This document shows, piece by piece, positions 25,311-37,205 of a stretch of DNA of 64,000 nucleotides. Position 1 is the first letter of the stretch. Every line of letters starts with the position of its first letter. Under the pieces are notes generated by a model. It did no database searches and was not told where the DNA came from. It worked only from the letters and a program-made list of their open reading frames with translations. Source of the DNA: Heptranchias perlo (taxonomy: Eukaryota); NCBI RefSeq assembly GCF_035084215.1, contig NC_090367.1, forward strand, positions 5,642,001-5,706,000, read 5' to 3'. The position numbers were made by a program, and so were the translations under genes.

Positions 25311-25537
25311 CTGTAGGAGGGACACAGAGCCGTCAACACTAAGTAAGGGTTGTAGAGATCGCCCCCGCCCGCTCCTACCCTAAAGGTGCTGCCACTTGCT
25401 GTGTGTGGCTCTGTGGGTGCCCGCCCCCTCGCCAAAGCAGCTGTCCTCCGTGAGAGCCCCCCCGCCGGTGAGTGCCAACCGGCTATTCGACCAAGGTGGC
25501 GGGCAATCAGTCTTCACCCGACATCCACACCCACAAG

Positions 25538-25990
25538 TGTCAGCCGTGGCTCAGTGGGTAGCACTCTCTCGCCTGAGTCAGAAGGTTGTGGGTTCGAGGC
25601 CCACTCCAGAGACTTGAGCACATAATCCAGGCTGACGCACCCAGTGCCAGTACTGAGGGAGTGCTGCACTGTCAGTAGATGCCGTCTTTCAGATGAGATA
25701 TTAAACCGAGGCCCCGTCTGCCCTCTCGGGTGGATGTAAAAGATCCCATGGCCACTATTTCAAAGAAGAGCAGGGGAGTTCTCCCCGGTATCCTGGGCCA
25801 ATATTTATCCCTCAACCAACATCACTAGAATAGATTATCTGGTCATTATCACATTACTGTTTGTGGGATCTTGCTGTGCGTGAATGGGCTGCTGCGATTC
25901 CTACATTACAACAGTGGCTACACTTCAAAAGTACTTCATTGGCCATAAAGCGCTTTGGGACATCCCGAGATCGTGTGAGGTGCGATATAA
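25538..25990 (+). mobile_element. Full-length Deu-domain tRNA-SINE
   Basis: Colinear with the 24348-24800 copy; nested within a fragment of the second SINE family. Confidence 0.85.
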
Positions 25991-26459
25991 ATTTTTTTTT
26001 TCTGTTTTCAGCAGGATTCACTGGATAGCCGTCGGGAACCCTGGATAACCTTTCCCCTCCCTAACCCGGAGGTTCCGAGTCAACTACAGCACTGCCGCTC
26101 TGGCTGAGCACGGTGGTTATGTTACTGGACTAGTAATCCAGAGAAAGCGAGTTCAAATCCCATCGTGGCGGTTTGAGAATTTGAATTCAGTTAAAAGAAA
26201 ACGTTTCAGGAAATGAAAAGCTGGTATCAATAAAAGTGACCAGGAAACTGTAGGACTTCAGGGACCTTCCTTACCCGGTCTGGGCCTATACGTGACTCCA
26301 GTCCCACACCAACGTGGTTGACTCTTAAATACCCTCTGAAGCGGCCTAAGCAAGCAGGCCTGTTGTGTAGCCACCTTCTCGGAGCAAGTGGGGATGGGCA
26401 ATAATTGCGGGCCTAGTCATGAAATGAGAATGAAAACAAACTGATTGGCTAAGTCAGCA

Positions 26460-26770
26460 CCGACTTTCACGACCGCAGGACGTCCTGAAGCGCTTTACAG
26501 CCAATGAAGTACTTTTCAAGTGTAGTCACTGTGTTGTAATATATGAAACATGGCAGCTAATTTGCGCACAGCAAGATCCCACAAAAAGCAATGTGATAAT
26601 GACCAGATAATCTGTTTCAGTGATGTTGGTTGAGGGATAAATATCGGCCCAGGACACCGGGGAGAACTCCCTTGCTCTTCTTCCAATAGTGGCCGTGGGA
26701 TCTTTTATGTCCACCTGAGAGGGGCAGATGGGGCCTCGGTTTGATGTCTCCATCTGAAAGACGGCACCTC
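26460..26770 (-). mobile_element. Deu-domain SINE, 5'-truncated, inverted
   Basis: Reverse complement of the 3' two thirds of the 25538 copy. Confidence 0.85.
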
Positions 26771-26865
26771 CGTAGTCGGTATGGTTCAGTACCACACCAG
26801 GCCACACATCTGCACTGGATCGTGGGGGAGATACGGAACCCAGATGTGGAGGGGTGTTTGGTCAC

Positions 26866-27646
26866 CTTGAAGTAGGGCTTGTTGGAGAAGGTGATGTCCT
26901 TGGCGGTGAAGAGATGGACGTAGGCCAGGACCGACTTGATCTGGTTGAGGATGGAGGCGGAGATGGTGCCCAGGAGCTCGGCCAGGTTGGCGTTGTCTTT
27001 GCCCAGCAGCCGGGGGGCGGCCAGCGACTGGCGCACATCGGTTAGGCAGTCGGTGTAGAAGCTCTGCAGCGCCTGCAGGTACTGGCGGATCCGCTCCTTG
27101 GCAGCCCTCACCACGATCTCCGTCCCCTCGGCAGAGACGTCGGAGGAGGGCAGGAGCTTGACGATGGCCTGCAGGCGACGGTGGAAGCGGTCCAGCCCCC
27201 GGACCAGCAGGGAGTTGTCTCCGATGCCCCTCTCCACTTGGATCCTCCTCTCCACCAGGGAGAAGTAGCGGCCCATCAGCTGGTTGACGAACCACACCAG
27301 CTTGGCGCTGGCCATCTGCGAGACGTCCTTGTTGCCCAGCGCACCCGCCGGGGGACGGTTGACGAACAGATCCTGGTACGACGCGATCACCAAGCACATG
27401 TTGCCGATGAACCCGTTGCAGCCCTTGTCGGTGAACTCCAGGATATCCGAGAGCGGGGCAGGACCCTGCTCCGGCCCAGCCACGGCCCCCGGCTGCCCCA
27501 GCTCGCACTCCAGCGCCGACAGGTCTTCGGCCAGCCTGGACTGGGCGTGCGCCAGGAATTCGTCACACAGTTCCTCCGCTGGCTCTTCCAGCTGCAGCAA
27601 GAGCTCCACACACTCGGCCAGCTCCTTGGCACTCGAACCTCCGTCC
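26866..27646 (-). CDS. VPS51: VPS51 exon 5
   Basis: 781 bp; [34 protein letters not shown]...[16 protein letters not shown]...[18 protein letters not shown]. Confidence 0.97.
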
Positions 27647-27689
27647 CTGCACCAGGGGAGACAAACAGACTGACGTGTAACACACTGCG

Positions 27690-29160
27690 ATTTCAACTCG
27701 GGATAAATCCTGCCTCCCACCCCACCACTCACCCCGCTCTAATCCTGGTCTCAATCGTAGTGACAAAGTCCATGAGCTCCTCGCATTTGTTGTTGGAGGT
27801 GAGGGCGGAGGGGGCAGGGGAAGCGGGGTTTAAGGAAACGATCCTGGAGAAGTAGGCGGTTTTGACAGGAGTGGCGAGCGAGGCCCGACAGCACTCGGTG
27901 TGGTCCAGCCAGATCTGGCGACGAATGGCTAATCCAGTGGTGCACCAGATACGCTCAAGTCTGCGTCCCTTGCACTTGAAGGAGCGGCGGTGCGGGATGT
28001 ACCAGAGGGATCAACTGAGTTGGGAGGAAAATGAAGGTTTTGAAAGGGGGCAAGGGCAACAAAGGTAGAGGCGGAGGGGGGGGNNNNNNNNNNNNNNNNN
28101 NNNNNNNNNNNNNNNNNNNNNNNNNNNNNNNNNNNNNNNNNNNNNNNNNNNNNNNNNNNNNNNNNNNNNNNNNNNNNNNNNNNNNNNNNNNNNNNNNNNN
28201 NNNNNNNNNNNNNNNNNNNNNNNNNNNNNNNNNNNNNNNNNNNNNNNNNNNNNNNNNNNNNNNNNNNNNNNNNNNNNNNNNNNNNAGAAACGGGGTGGGG
28301 GTCGCTAGACAGCAAGGACTTTAAAGGAGGCGAAAGGCGAGTAGAACAAGGTGAGGTGCTGGAAAGAGAAGCTACCAGACTGTAGGGGAACAGATCACGG
28401 TGGGATTTGGTGATAAGGGTCACAACGCCACCATGGCGGTTTGGGCAGGGCAGGTGGTTGAAAATATAACCAAGTGGGGAAACTTCAGTAAGGGACAAGG
28501 TGTTACCACCTGTGAGCCTAGTTTCAGTCAAAGCCAGCATGTCAATGAAATCATCCACAATTAGGTCATGGATGGCAAGGGTCTTGTTGGTCACTGACCG
28601 GACATTCTGGAGGGAAATCCAGAGTGGGTTGGTAATTGTTGGTCCGCTGGCATAGTGCAAGGGGGGCAGTGATGGGTGGAGTGAGTGGGACGGGAAGGAG
28701 GTTGGTGCTGGGCTGGAAGGTGGCCGAGACAGGAGGAAGGGGGCAGTTGGGATTGCTGCACTCAAAGAGGGAGCGACAGATGCCTCGATGGGCCCTTTGG
28801 AGAATGCCAAGAGAGGCACCAAGGGGAGCTGTGGGCTTATTGGGGTTTCAAGTCTGGGGCGGCAGCAAGAGAGGACAGCAAGGCAGAGGAGCCAGTGGGG
28901 CTCAGAACTGGGGAGGCAAAGAACCCGAGAAATGAAAGGTAGCGTGACTGGGCAACAAGAAGGGGAGGAGGCAGGAGAGAAGGGCCTGGGAGAGACCAAG
29001 AGGAGAAAAAAAGGTAGACAGAAGTAACGGGCTCAGGTCCGGAGCGGCAGCCAAAACACGCATGTGAATGGACACGGGGAATTCGGGTTACAAAGGGATG
29101 GCAGAGATTAGACGAGACATGTCCTGGTCGTAAAGAGGCCAGACAAGAGATGGTGTGAAA
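27690..29160 (-). mobile_element. L2 LINE fragment including APE endonuclease N-terminus, spanning an assembly gap
   Basis: ISLQNVRSVTNK..IHDLIVDDFIDMLALTETRL..HLPCPNRHGGVV (EEP domain motifs), frameshifted. Confidence 0.8.
28084..28285. other. Assembly gap (run of N)
   Basis: 202 consecutive N. Confidence 1.
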
Positions 29161-29215
29161 GAGTCCACGGGGTTGGTGGGGGGAGTACAAGGCCCTGTGA
29201 TGACAGCAGTGATAC

Positions 29216-29435
29216 CTGAACTTCTCCCTGAGTTTCTGTGCGAGATCAGACATGATTTTCTGGCAGTCGTTCTGAATGCCATGGAAAGATGGCATGTGCT
29301 GGTACTGATGCAGAACTGAGCGCGCTTTGCTGTAATATCGCACCGTCTGCCCGTAGGCCTCCAGGTCGATGCACTTATTCAGCCGGGCGGGGAGCTCAAA
29401 CAGGAACTGGAGTTTTCTCAGCAACGTATGCACAC
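29216..29435 (-). CDS. VPS51: VPS51 exon 4
   Basis: 220 bp; [21 protein letters not shown]...[18 protein letters not shown]...REKFR. Confidence 0.96.
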
Positions 29436-30077
29436 CTGAAACAGCAAAGTACAGTCGGTAAGAACGCAGGCTAATTCAGTCGCCCAGAGATCCCAGCAGA
29501 GGACCACACTCAAAGGAATTGCTGCGACAGGATTGCAGATCTGCATTCCCTTGGAATAGAGCTCCCGACTGGGAGCGGGAGGTCGCTGAATTTAGCCTAG
29601 TGCAGTATATGCACAGATCAGGGTACGGTAATGTAGTGCTTCTGGTACTAGCAACCCAGAGGTCGAGAGTTCAAATCCCACCATGGCAGCTGAATTCAAT
29701 AAAACTCATCATTTGGAGACTGGCACCAAACAAAAATAAAAGACAATAAAAATCCAACTGCTTCACTGGTCTCTATGTGGTTAATGCCCTCTGAAGATGC
29801 CTGGCCACTAATAAATGTAGCCTTGTGGATGTCACGCACACAAAGAAAAGATTGAAACACACCCAGAGACAGACAGAATGCACACTCTGTGACAGACACT
29901 CAGTGTAACTAAAATACACAGTGAAAAGGGGGATGACACAGGGCTCAGGGTTAGCATTACGACACGCCAGTTAGAAATGACAAAAACCACAGAACCAGGA
30001 GTCGTTCTGCTGCGAAGGACTGGCAAGTTAAACGCTGTTCTTTATTAAACAAGAGCCAGCCAGCCGTGACTGTGCAC

Positions 30078-30224
30078 CTGAGAGTTTGGTGATCTGCTGG
30101 TGCTGATCCTGCAGGGTGTTACTGATCCGGACACTGAACTCGGTGATGGCTGCCATGTTGGTTGCCAAACAATCCATTTCATCCTCCATCTTCTTGAAGT
30201 CATTCTTCATCTTTCTGATAGTGT
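30078..30224 (-). CDS. VPS51: VPS51 exon 3
   Basis: 147 bp; [50 protein letters not shown]. Confidence 0.96.
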
Positions 30225-30420
30225 CTGAAAAGACAACACTGAAGCGTCGATAATTCAACAGAGAAAACTGGTGAGAAAAGGACAAAAACAGCAGTTCTAC
30301 AAATGGAGTCATTTCTCTCACTGACTTCAATAAGTTAGTGGATGCCCACTCTCCAAACACCCTCCTGATCATTAGGCTTACCCTCCCTTTGTAGCTGAGT
30401 CCCTCTGACATTTCCCCTAC

Positions 30421-30550
30421 CTGTGGCTGATATAAACTTGTTGTAGTTTTCATAGACCAGCGTCTGCATGTCGCTATCGAGCGCCCGGATGTGCTTCACC
30501 ATCTCATGCTCGCTGTCCATCAGCTCTGCCAGTCTGCATTCTTTCCTTAA
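30421..30550 (-). CDS. VPS51: VPS51 exon 2
   Basis: 130 bp; [43 protein letters not shown] (Vps51 domain). Confidence 0.97.
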
Positions 30551-31212
30551 CTGTGACAAGAGAAAGGGATGGCAAATTCATTAGTTATGCACAGTTGTCT
30601 CCCCTCTCAGGAGGAGAGCATCGGCTCTTGCTGGGCTACGGGTTCCACAAGTGCCAACTGAAGCAGCCATTCTTCCGTGCGGGCTATTCGACTGCAGAGG
30701 ACCTCACAGCCAAGCCTGATCCTGTCCTCGCCCGAGTTCCACCAGGATGCCGATTAACCAGGGTAACCCTGGTTGATTTCCCTCCCTCGCCCTTCCTCAC
30801 ACGGGCACTCGTAATGGTTCTATGCTTACCACCAACCGGCTGAGATCAGTAAACTCAGCACAGGCTGGTGATCGATCCTGGTGCCCTCCTGGTCTGTGTG
30901 GCTCAACTCCACACTGGGTGCTGCACATAACCACAGGATCGTCAGAACACATAGCAGGTTCATTTAACATCAACTAGCAGCTCAAAATGAAAAGAATTCA
31001 TCGGGTTTCCTCTCTTTTGACCTCTGAAAGGGTTTACTGCTCCCTTTGTTGTCTAGAAGTCAGACTGCAAACCAGCCACAAGCCCCATTGCTGCTGCTGT
31101 CATTGTGTTCCTCAGATTCCTCTCTCACGCTCACCTATGTTTTTGCCTCCTCCCTCTTCCTGTGTTACATACCCCCTTCTCTCCAGTGTATTTCTGCTAC
31201 CATCTCTCCCCT

Positions 31213-34200
31213 AGTGTTTCTACTCCCTTTCCCTGTATATTTTTACTCCCTTTCCCTGTATATTTTTACTCCCTTTCCCTGTATGTTTTTACTCCCTTTC
31301 CCTGTATGTTTTACTCCCTTTCCCTGTATATTTTACCTCCATTTCCCTGTATGTTTTAACCCCTTTTCCCTGTATGTTTTACTCCCTTTCCCTGTATATT
31401 TTTACTCCCTTTCCCTGTATATTTTTACTCCCTTTCCCTGTATATTTTAACCCTCTTTCCCTGTATGTTTTACTCCCTTTCCCTGTATATTTTACCTCCA
31501 TTTCCCTGTATGTTTTTACCCCCTTTCCCTGTATGTTTTCATCCCTCTTCCTGTATGTTTTCACTCCCTTTCCCTGTATGTTTTACTCCCTTTCCCTGTA
31601 TGTTTTACCCCCTTTCCCTGTATGTTTTTACTCCCTCTCCCCGTATGTTTTAACCCCCTTTCCCTGTATGTTTTAACCTCCTCTCCCTGTATGTTTTTAC
31701 TCCCTCTCCCTGTATGTTTTTACTCCCTTTCCCTGTATGTTTTAACCCCCTTTCCCTGTATATTTTACTCCCTTTCCCTGTATATTTTACTCCCTTTCCC
31801 TGTATGTTTTAACCCCTTTTCCCTGTATGTTTTACTCCCTTTCCCTGTATATTTTTACTCCCTTTCCCTGTATATTTTTACTCCCTTTCCCTGTATATTT
31901 TAACCCTCTTTCCCTGTATGTTTTACTCCCTTTCCCTGTATATTTTACCTCCATTTCCCTGTATGTTTTTACCCCCTTTCCCTGTATGTTTTCATCCCTC
32001 TTCCTGTATGTTTTCACTCCCTTTCCCTGTATGTTTTTACTCACTTTCCCTGTATGTTTTAACCTCCTCTCCCTGTATGTTTTTACTCCCTCTCCCCGTA
32101 TGTTTTTACTCCCTCTCCCTGTATGTTTTTACTCCCTTTCCCTGTATATTTTACCCCCTTTCCCTGTATTTTTTAACTCCCTTTCCCCGTATGTTTTTAC
32201 CCCTTTCCCTGTATGTTTTTACCACCTTTCCCTGTATGTTTTCATCCCTCTCCCTGTATGTTTTTACTCCCTCTCCCCGTATGTTTTTACTCCCTCTCCC
32301 TGTATGTTTTTACTCCCTCTCCCTGTATGTTTTAACCTCCTCTCCCTGTATGTTTTTACTCCCTCTCCCTGTATGTTTTTACTCCCTCTCCCCGTATGTT
32401 TTTACTCCCTCTCCCTGTATGTTTTTACTCCCTCTCCCCGTATGTTTTTACTCCCTCTCCCTGTATGTTTTAACCTCCTCTCCCTGTATGTTTTTACTCC
32501 CTCTCCCTGTATGTTTTTACTCCCTTTCCCTGTATGTTTTACTCCCTTTCCCTGTATGTTTTCACCCCCTTTCCCTGTATATTTTACTCCCTTTCCCTGT
32601 ATGTTTAACCTCCTCTCCCTGTATGTTTTTACCCCCTTTCCCTGTCTGTTTTACCCTTTCCCTGTATATTTTACCCCCTTTCCCTGTATATTTTACCCCC
32701 TTTCCCTGTATATTTTACCCCCTTTCCCTGTATTTTTTTACTCCCTTTCCCCGTATGTTTTTACTCCTTTCCCTGTCTGTTTTACCCCCTTTCCCTGTAT
32801 ATTTTACCCCCATTTCCCTGTATGTTTTTACTCCCTTTCCCTGTATGTTTTTACCACCTTTCCCTGTATGTTTTCATCCCTCTCCCCATATGTTTTTACT
32901 CCCTCTCCCCGTATGTTTTTACTCCCTCTCCCCGTATGTTTTTACTCCCTCTCCCTGTATGTTTTTACTCACTTTCCCTGTATGTTTTAACCTCCTCTCC
33001 CTGTATGTTTTTACTCCCTCTCCCTGTATGTTTTTACTCCCTCTCCCTGTATGTTTTTACTCCCTCTCCCTGTATGTTTTAACCCCCTTTCCCTGTATGT
33101 TTTCACTCCCTTTCCCTGTATGTTTTCACTCCCTTTCCCTGTATGTTTTAACCCCCTTTCCCTGTATGTTTTACCCCCTTTCCCTGTATGTTTTTACTCC
33201 CTTTCCCTGTATGTTTTTACTCCCTTTCCCTGTATGTTTTTACTCCCTCTCCCCGTATGTTTTTACTCCCTCTCCCCGTATGTTTTTACTCCCTCTCCCC
33301 GTATGTTTTTACTCACTTTCCCTGTATGTTTTAACCTCCTCTCCCTGTATGTTTTTACTCCCTCTCCCTGTATGTTTTTACTCCCTTTCCCTGTATGTTT
33401 TTACCCCCTTTCCCTGTCTGTTTTACCCCCTTTCCCTGTATATTTTACCCCCTTTCCCTGTATTTTTAACTCCCTTTCCCCGTATGTTTTTACCCCTTTC
33501 CCTGTCTGTTTTACCCCCTTTCCCTGTATATTTTACCCCCATTTCCCTGTATGTTTTTACTCCCTTTCCCTGTATGTTTTTACTCCCTTTCCCTGTATGT
33601 TTTTACCACCTTTCCCTGTATGTTTTCATCCCTCTCCCTGTATGTTTTTACTCCCTCTCCCCGTATGTTTTTACTCCCTCTCCCTGTATGTTTTTACTCC
33701 CTCTCCCCGTATGTTTTTACTCCCTCTCCCTGTATGTTTTAACCTCCTCTCCCTGTATGTTTTTACTCCCTCTCCCTGTATGTTTTTACTCCCTTTCCCT
33801 GTATGTTTTACTCCCTTTCCCTGTATATTTTACTCCCTTTCCCTGTATATTTTACTCCCTTTCCCTGTATGTTTAACCTCCTCTCCCTGTATGTTTTTAC
33901 CCCCTTTCCCTGTCTGTTTTACCCTTTCCCTGTATATTTTACCCCCTTTCCCTGTATATTTTACCCCCTTTCCCTGTATATTTTACCCCCTTTCCCTGTA
34001 TTTTTTTACTCCCTTTCCCCGTATGTTTTTACTCCTTTCCCTGTCTGTTTTACCCCCTTTCCCTGTATATTTTACCCCCATTTCCCTGTATGTTTTTACT
34101 CCCTTTCCCTGTATGTTTTTACCACCTTTCCCTGTATGTTTTCATCCCTCTCCCCATATGTTTTTACTCCCTCTCCCCGTATGTTTTTACTCCCTCTCCC

Positions 34201-35118
34201 CGTATGTTTTTACTCACTTTCCCTGTATGTTTTAACCTCCTCTCCCTGTATGTTTTTACTCCCTCTCCCTGTATGTTTTTACTCCCTCTCCCTGTATGTT
34301 TTTACTCCCTCTCCCTGTATGTTTTAACCCCCTTTCCCTGTATGTTTTCACTCCCTTTCCCTGTATGTTTTCACTCCCTTTCCCTGTATGTTTTAACCCC
34401 CTTTCCCTGTATGTTTTACTCCCTTTCCCTGTATGTTTTTACTCCCTTTCCCTGTATATTTTACTCCCTTTCCCTGTATGTTTTTACTCCCTTTCCCTGT
34501 ATGTTTTTATTCCCGTTCCCTGTATGTTTTTATTCCCGTTCCCTGTATGTTTTTAATCCCTCTCCCTGTATGTTTTTACCCCCTTTCCCTGTATGTTTTA
34601 ACCTTCTCTCCCCGTATGTTTTTACTCCCTTTCCCTGTATGTTTTTACTCCCTCTCCCTGTATGTTTTTACTCCCTCTCCCTGTATGTTTTTACCCCCTT
34701 TCCCTGTATGTTTTAACCTTCTCTCCCCGTATGTTTTTACTCCCTTTCCCTGTATGTTTTTACTCCCTTTCCCTGTATGTTTTTACTCCCTCTCCCTGTA
34801 TGTTTTTACTCCCTCTCCCTGTATGTTTTAACCTTCTCTCCCTGTATGTTTTTACCCCCTTTCCCTGTATGTTTTTACTCCCTCTCCATGTATGTTTTTA
34901 CCCCCTTTCCCTGTATGTTTTTACTCCCTCTCCCTGTATGTTTTTACTCCCTCTCCCTGTATGTTTTTACTCCCTCTCCCTGTATGTTTTTACTCCCTCT
35001 CCATGTATGTTTTTACCCCCTTTCCCTGTATGTTTTTACTCCCTCTCCCTGTATGTTTTTACTCCCTCTCCCTGTATGTTTTAACCTTCTCTCCCTGTAT
35101 GTTTTTACCCTCTTTCCC
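31213..35118. repeat. 22-23-bp pyrimidine-rich tandem repeat (~3.9 kb) in VPS51 intron 1
   Basis: Unit TTTTTACTCCCT(T/C)TCCCTGTATG; internal block duplications at ~453 and ~1250 bp. Confidence 0.97.
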
Positions 35119-35156
35119 TATTGGCAAAGGGGGAGGGGCAGCCCAGCTCCTTTCAC

Positions 35157-35342
35157 CTTATTTAAATAAAACTCCGGATCGAAATGCGCCCCGTCGATGT
35201 CAGCCGGGTCCAGCGGGTCCCTGAGGCTCAGCTCCCGGCCGCCGCTCTCACTCAGCCCGTAATAAAGCTTCAGCATCCCGTGAACCTTGCGCTTCTTCCC
35301 GGGGCCGGACTCAGTCTCCAGCTCGGGATCCGCGGCCGCCAT
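35157..35342 (-). CDS. VPS51: VPS51 exon 1 with start codon
   Basis: MAAADPELE...RKVHGMLKLYYGL...DPLDPADIDGAHFDPEFYLNK|gtgaaa; AAGATGGCGGC (YY1-type motif) over the ATG; ten exons sum to 2367 nt = 788 aa. Confidence 0.95.
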
Positions 35343-36344
35343 CTTACCGCCGCACAATAAAGTTACATTGAAAGAGCCGGGCTGGAACAATAAAGTTTTG
35401 TTGAAGAGGCCTAGGTCTGTAGGCTTCTGCTTTCTTTAAATAAAGTATATTTTAAATATTATTCTGAGCACAACATGAGGTTAAAATAACCCAAAATAAA
35501 ATAAATCAATGTAAACTCAAGGCACCAAAAAAATCTCTCCTATTTATCCCTGGACCATTGCCTCCTCCTCCTATGTCCCATTAGTGCCTCAAATTTTATT
35601 TTAAAATAAAGATGCATAAACTTGACTTAATATATTGGCTTATTATTTCTTTCGGAAACATCTCAAAGGACCTCATGCACTATGAATTAGTTTGAAATGC
35701 ACTGTTGCTACGTTGGCAACAAGCACAACCACCATTTTACACACACAGCAAGACCACATTACCGTTAAATAGGTAGTTTTTATTATATTAGAAGCCTTAG
35801 CCTGGCTGTGGGCAAATATAAAAATGTCGTACAAAAGCTTTTCACCAGGATTTTTGAGCGGTCTTGAGTGGTTCACTTTATCGGTTTCTCATTAGTGGTT
35901 TTATAGCCACTTTCCTCCCTTTTGATTTGTATGTTCCCAACCTACTCAGTTCTGATTTGTCAACAGTTTGACTTTCGGTCAATGAAGAAAGCGTGACGCC
36001 TACATGACAGGAATTGCACATCCGCACAGGTACACCTTCCAGCGGTGGTCGCGGGAGAACGGTCAGAATCTCCGCTGATTTACTCCTCCTTTGCGTCCTT
36101 CATCAAACTGGCGAGCAAGGCATTTCACACACTTCAGTGAACCCCTTTTGACAAAAACCCAAGTCTCAATATATAAAACTGGGTAACAAGTGGGTGAGTG
36201 AGAGATACCGGTTAGTGTTCATTTCCCCTTTAAGGGATGTAGCTGGTCTAATTTTTTTTTGGCCGGCACATTTTGCCTACAGGGACACAGGGTTGAGTCA
36301 CAATGCCATCTCATGCAATGGTTGTGTTGCTGTTGCGGCATTCC

Positions 36345-36358
36345 GTTGCTACGGAGAC
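36345..36358. promoter_or_regulatory. RFX X-box-like motif upstream of TMEM262
   Basis: GTTGCTACGGAGAC, one mismatch to the X-box form GTTGCTATGGAGAC, ~113 bp upstream of the ATG. Confidence 0.55.
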
Positions 36359-36470
36359 AATGATACATGAAGCAAGTCACAGTTTTGTCCTTCTCCAGCT
36401 TTGGTTCAACGCTTAAAAAGACCTCCTCGGCAGCTCTCCGCTGCCCTTGTGTGAGGGATCCCTTTCGCTA

Positions 36471-36713
36471 ATGGATAATGCGGAGAAAGGCAGCATTCAC
36501 TTACAAGACTTTGAACTGAAGCAATCTGACTCTAAACAAATAGACTGGAGTCAGAAATTTTGGTCCCTCCACATACAAAAAAAGAAGGGATTCATTGTCC
36601 TGTCATTCATATTCTTTTTTTTTCATTTAGGAGTTTTAGCCTGTGATGCTATAAGTCACGTAGTAACAGAATCATTTTATTTTTCAAGCTACTCGTACAC
36701 AGTTGCATTGCTG
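36471..36713 (+). CDS. TMEM262: TMEM262 / CatSper-eta (CATSPERH) coding exon 1
   Basis: First ATG after in-frame TAA at 36414; ...FIFFFFHLGVLACDAISHVVTESFYFSSYSYTVALL|gtaagt aligns with recalled human [34 protein letters not shown]; syntenic position. Confidence 0.85.
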
Positions 36714-36914
36714 GTAAGTCATGTTACCCCTTTACTCCTTTCATGCAGACCCTCCACTACCCCACCCATTCTTCATGTATAAGTCAAACAGTGAGTGCCA
36801 ACAGGCTATTCTACCATGAGGGGAATCACAGCTGAGCCCGATTCCAACCCCCAAACATGTTACAATTGGGTTTACTCCTGTTAATCTACAGCAGAGATTA
36901 GCTAACTCAACAAT

Positions 36915-37205
36915 AACTTGCATTTATTTAACGTAATAAAACTCAAATACAGCGCCGAGGTTGCGAATAGTCTGGTTCAGCCTCAGACAGTAGCCAGGGA
37001 AAGGGATAGAGTCAGTGGCCAGGGAACGGCGTTTGCAGTGGGGGACCGAAGACAATGGCTTCAATCTTCCCAATATTTAGTTGGGAGGAAATTTTTGCTC
37101 ATCCAGTACTGGATGCCGGACAAGCAGTGTGACAAATGAGAGACAGTGGAGGGGTCGAGGGGGTTGGTGGTGAGGTAGAGCTGGGTGTCATCAGCGTACA
37201 TGTGG
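36915..37205 (-). mobile_element. L2 LINE fragment nested in a SINE
   Basis: GTAGAGCTGGGTGTCATCAGCGTACATGTGGAA is the reverse of FHMYADDTQLY (RT YADD motif); L2 tail at 36915. Confidence 0.8.

Noticed and set aside
27929-28999. 356-aa ORF spanning the N run
   Set aside because: Degenerate L2 endonuclease read through an assembly gap; not a host gene
31046-35224. Long F/P/L-rich ORFs (up to 652 aa)
   Set aside because: Artefact of the stop-poor 23-bp pyrimidine repeat; frames interchange at indels
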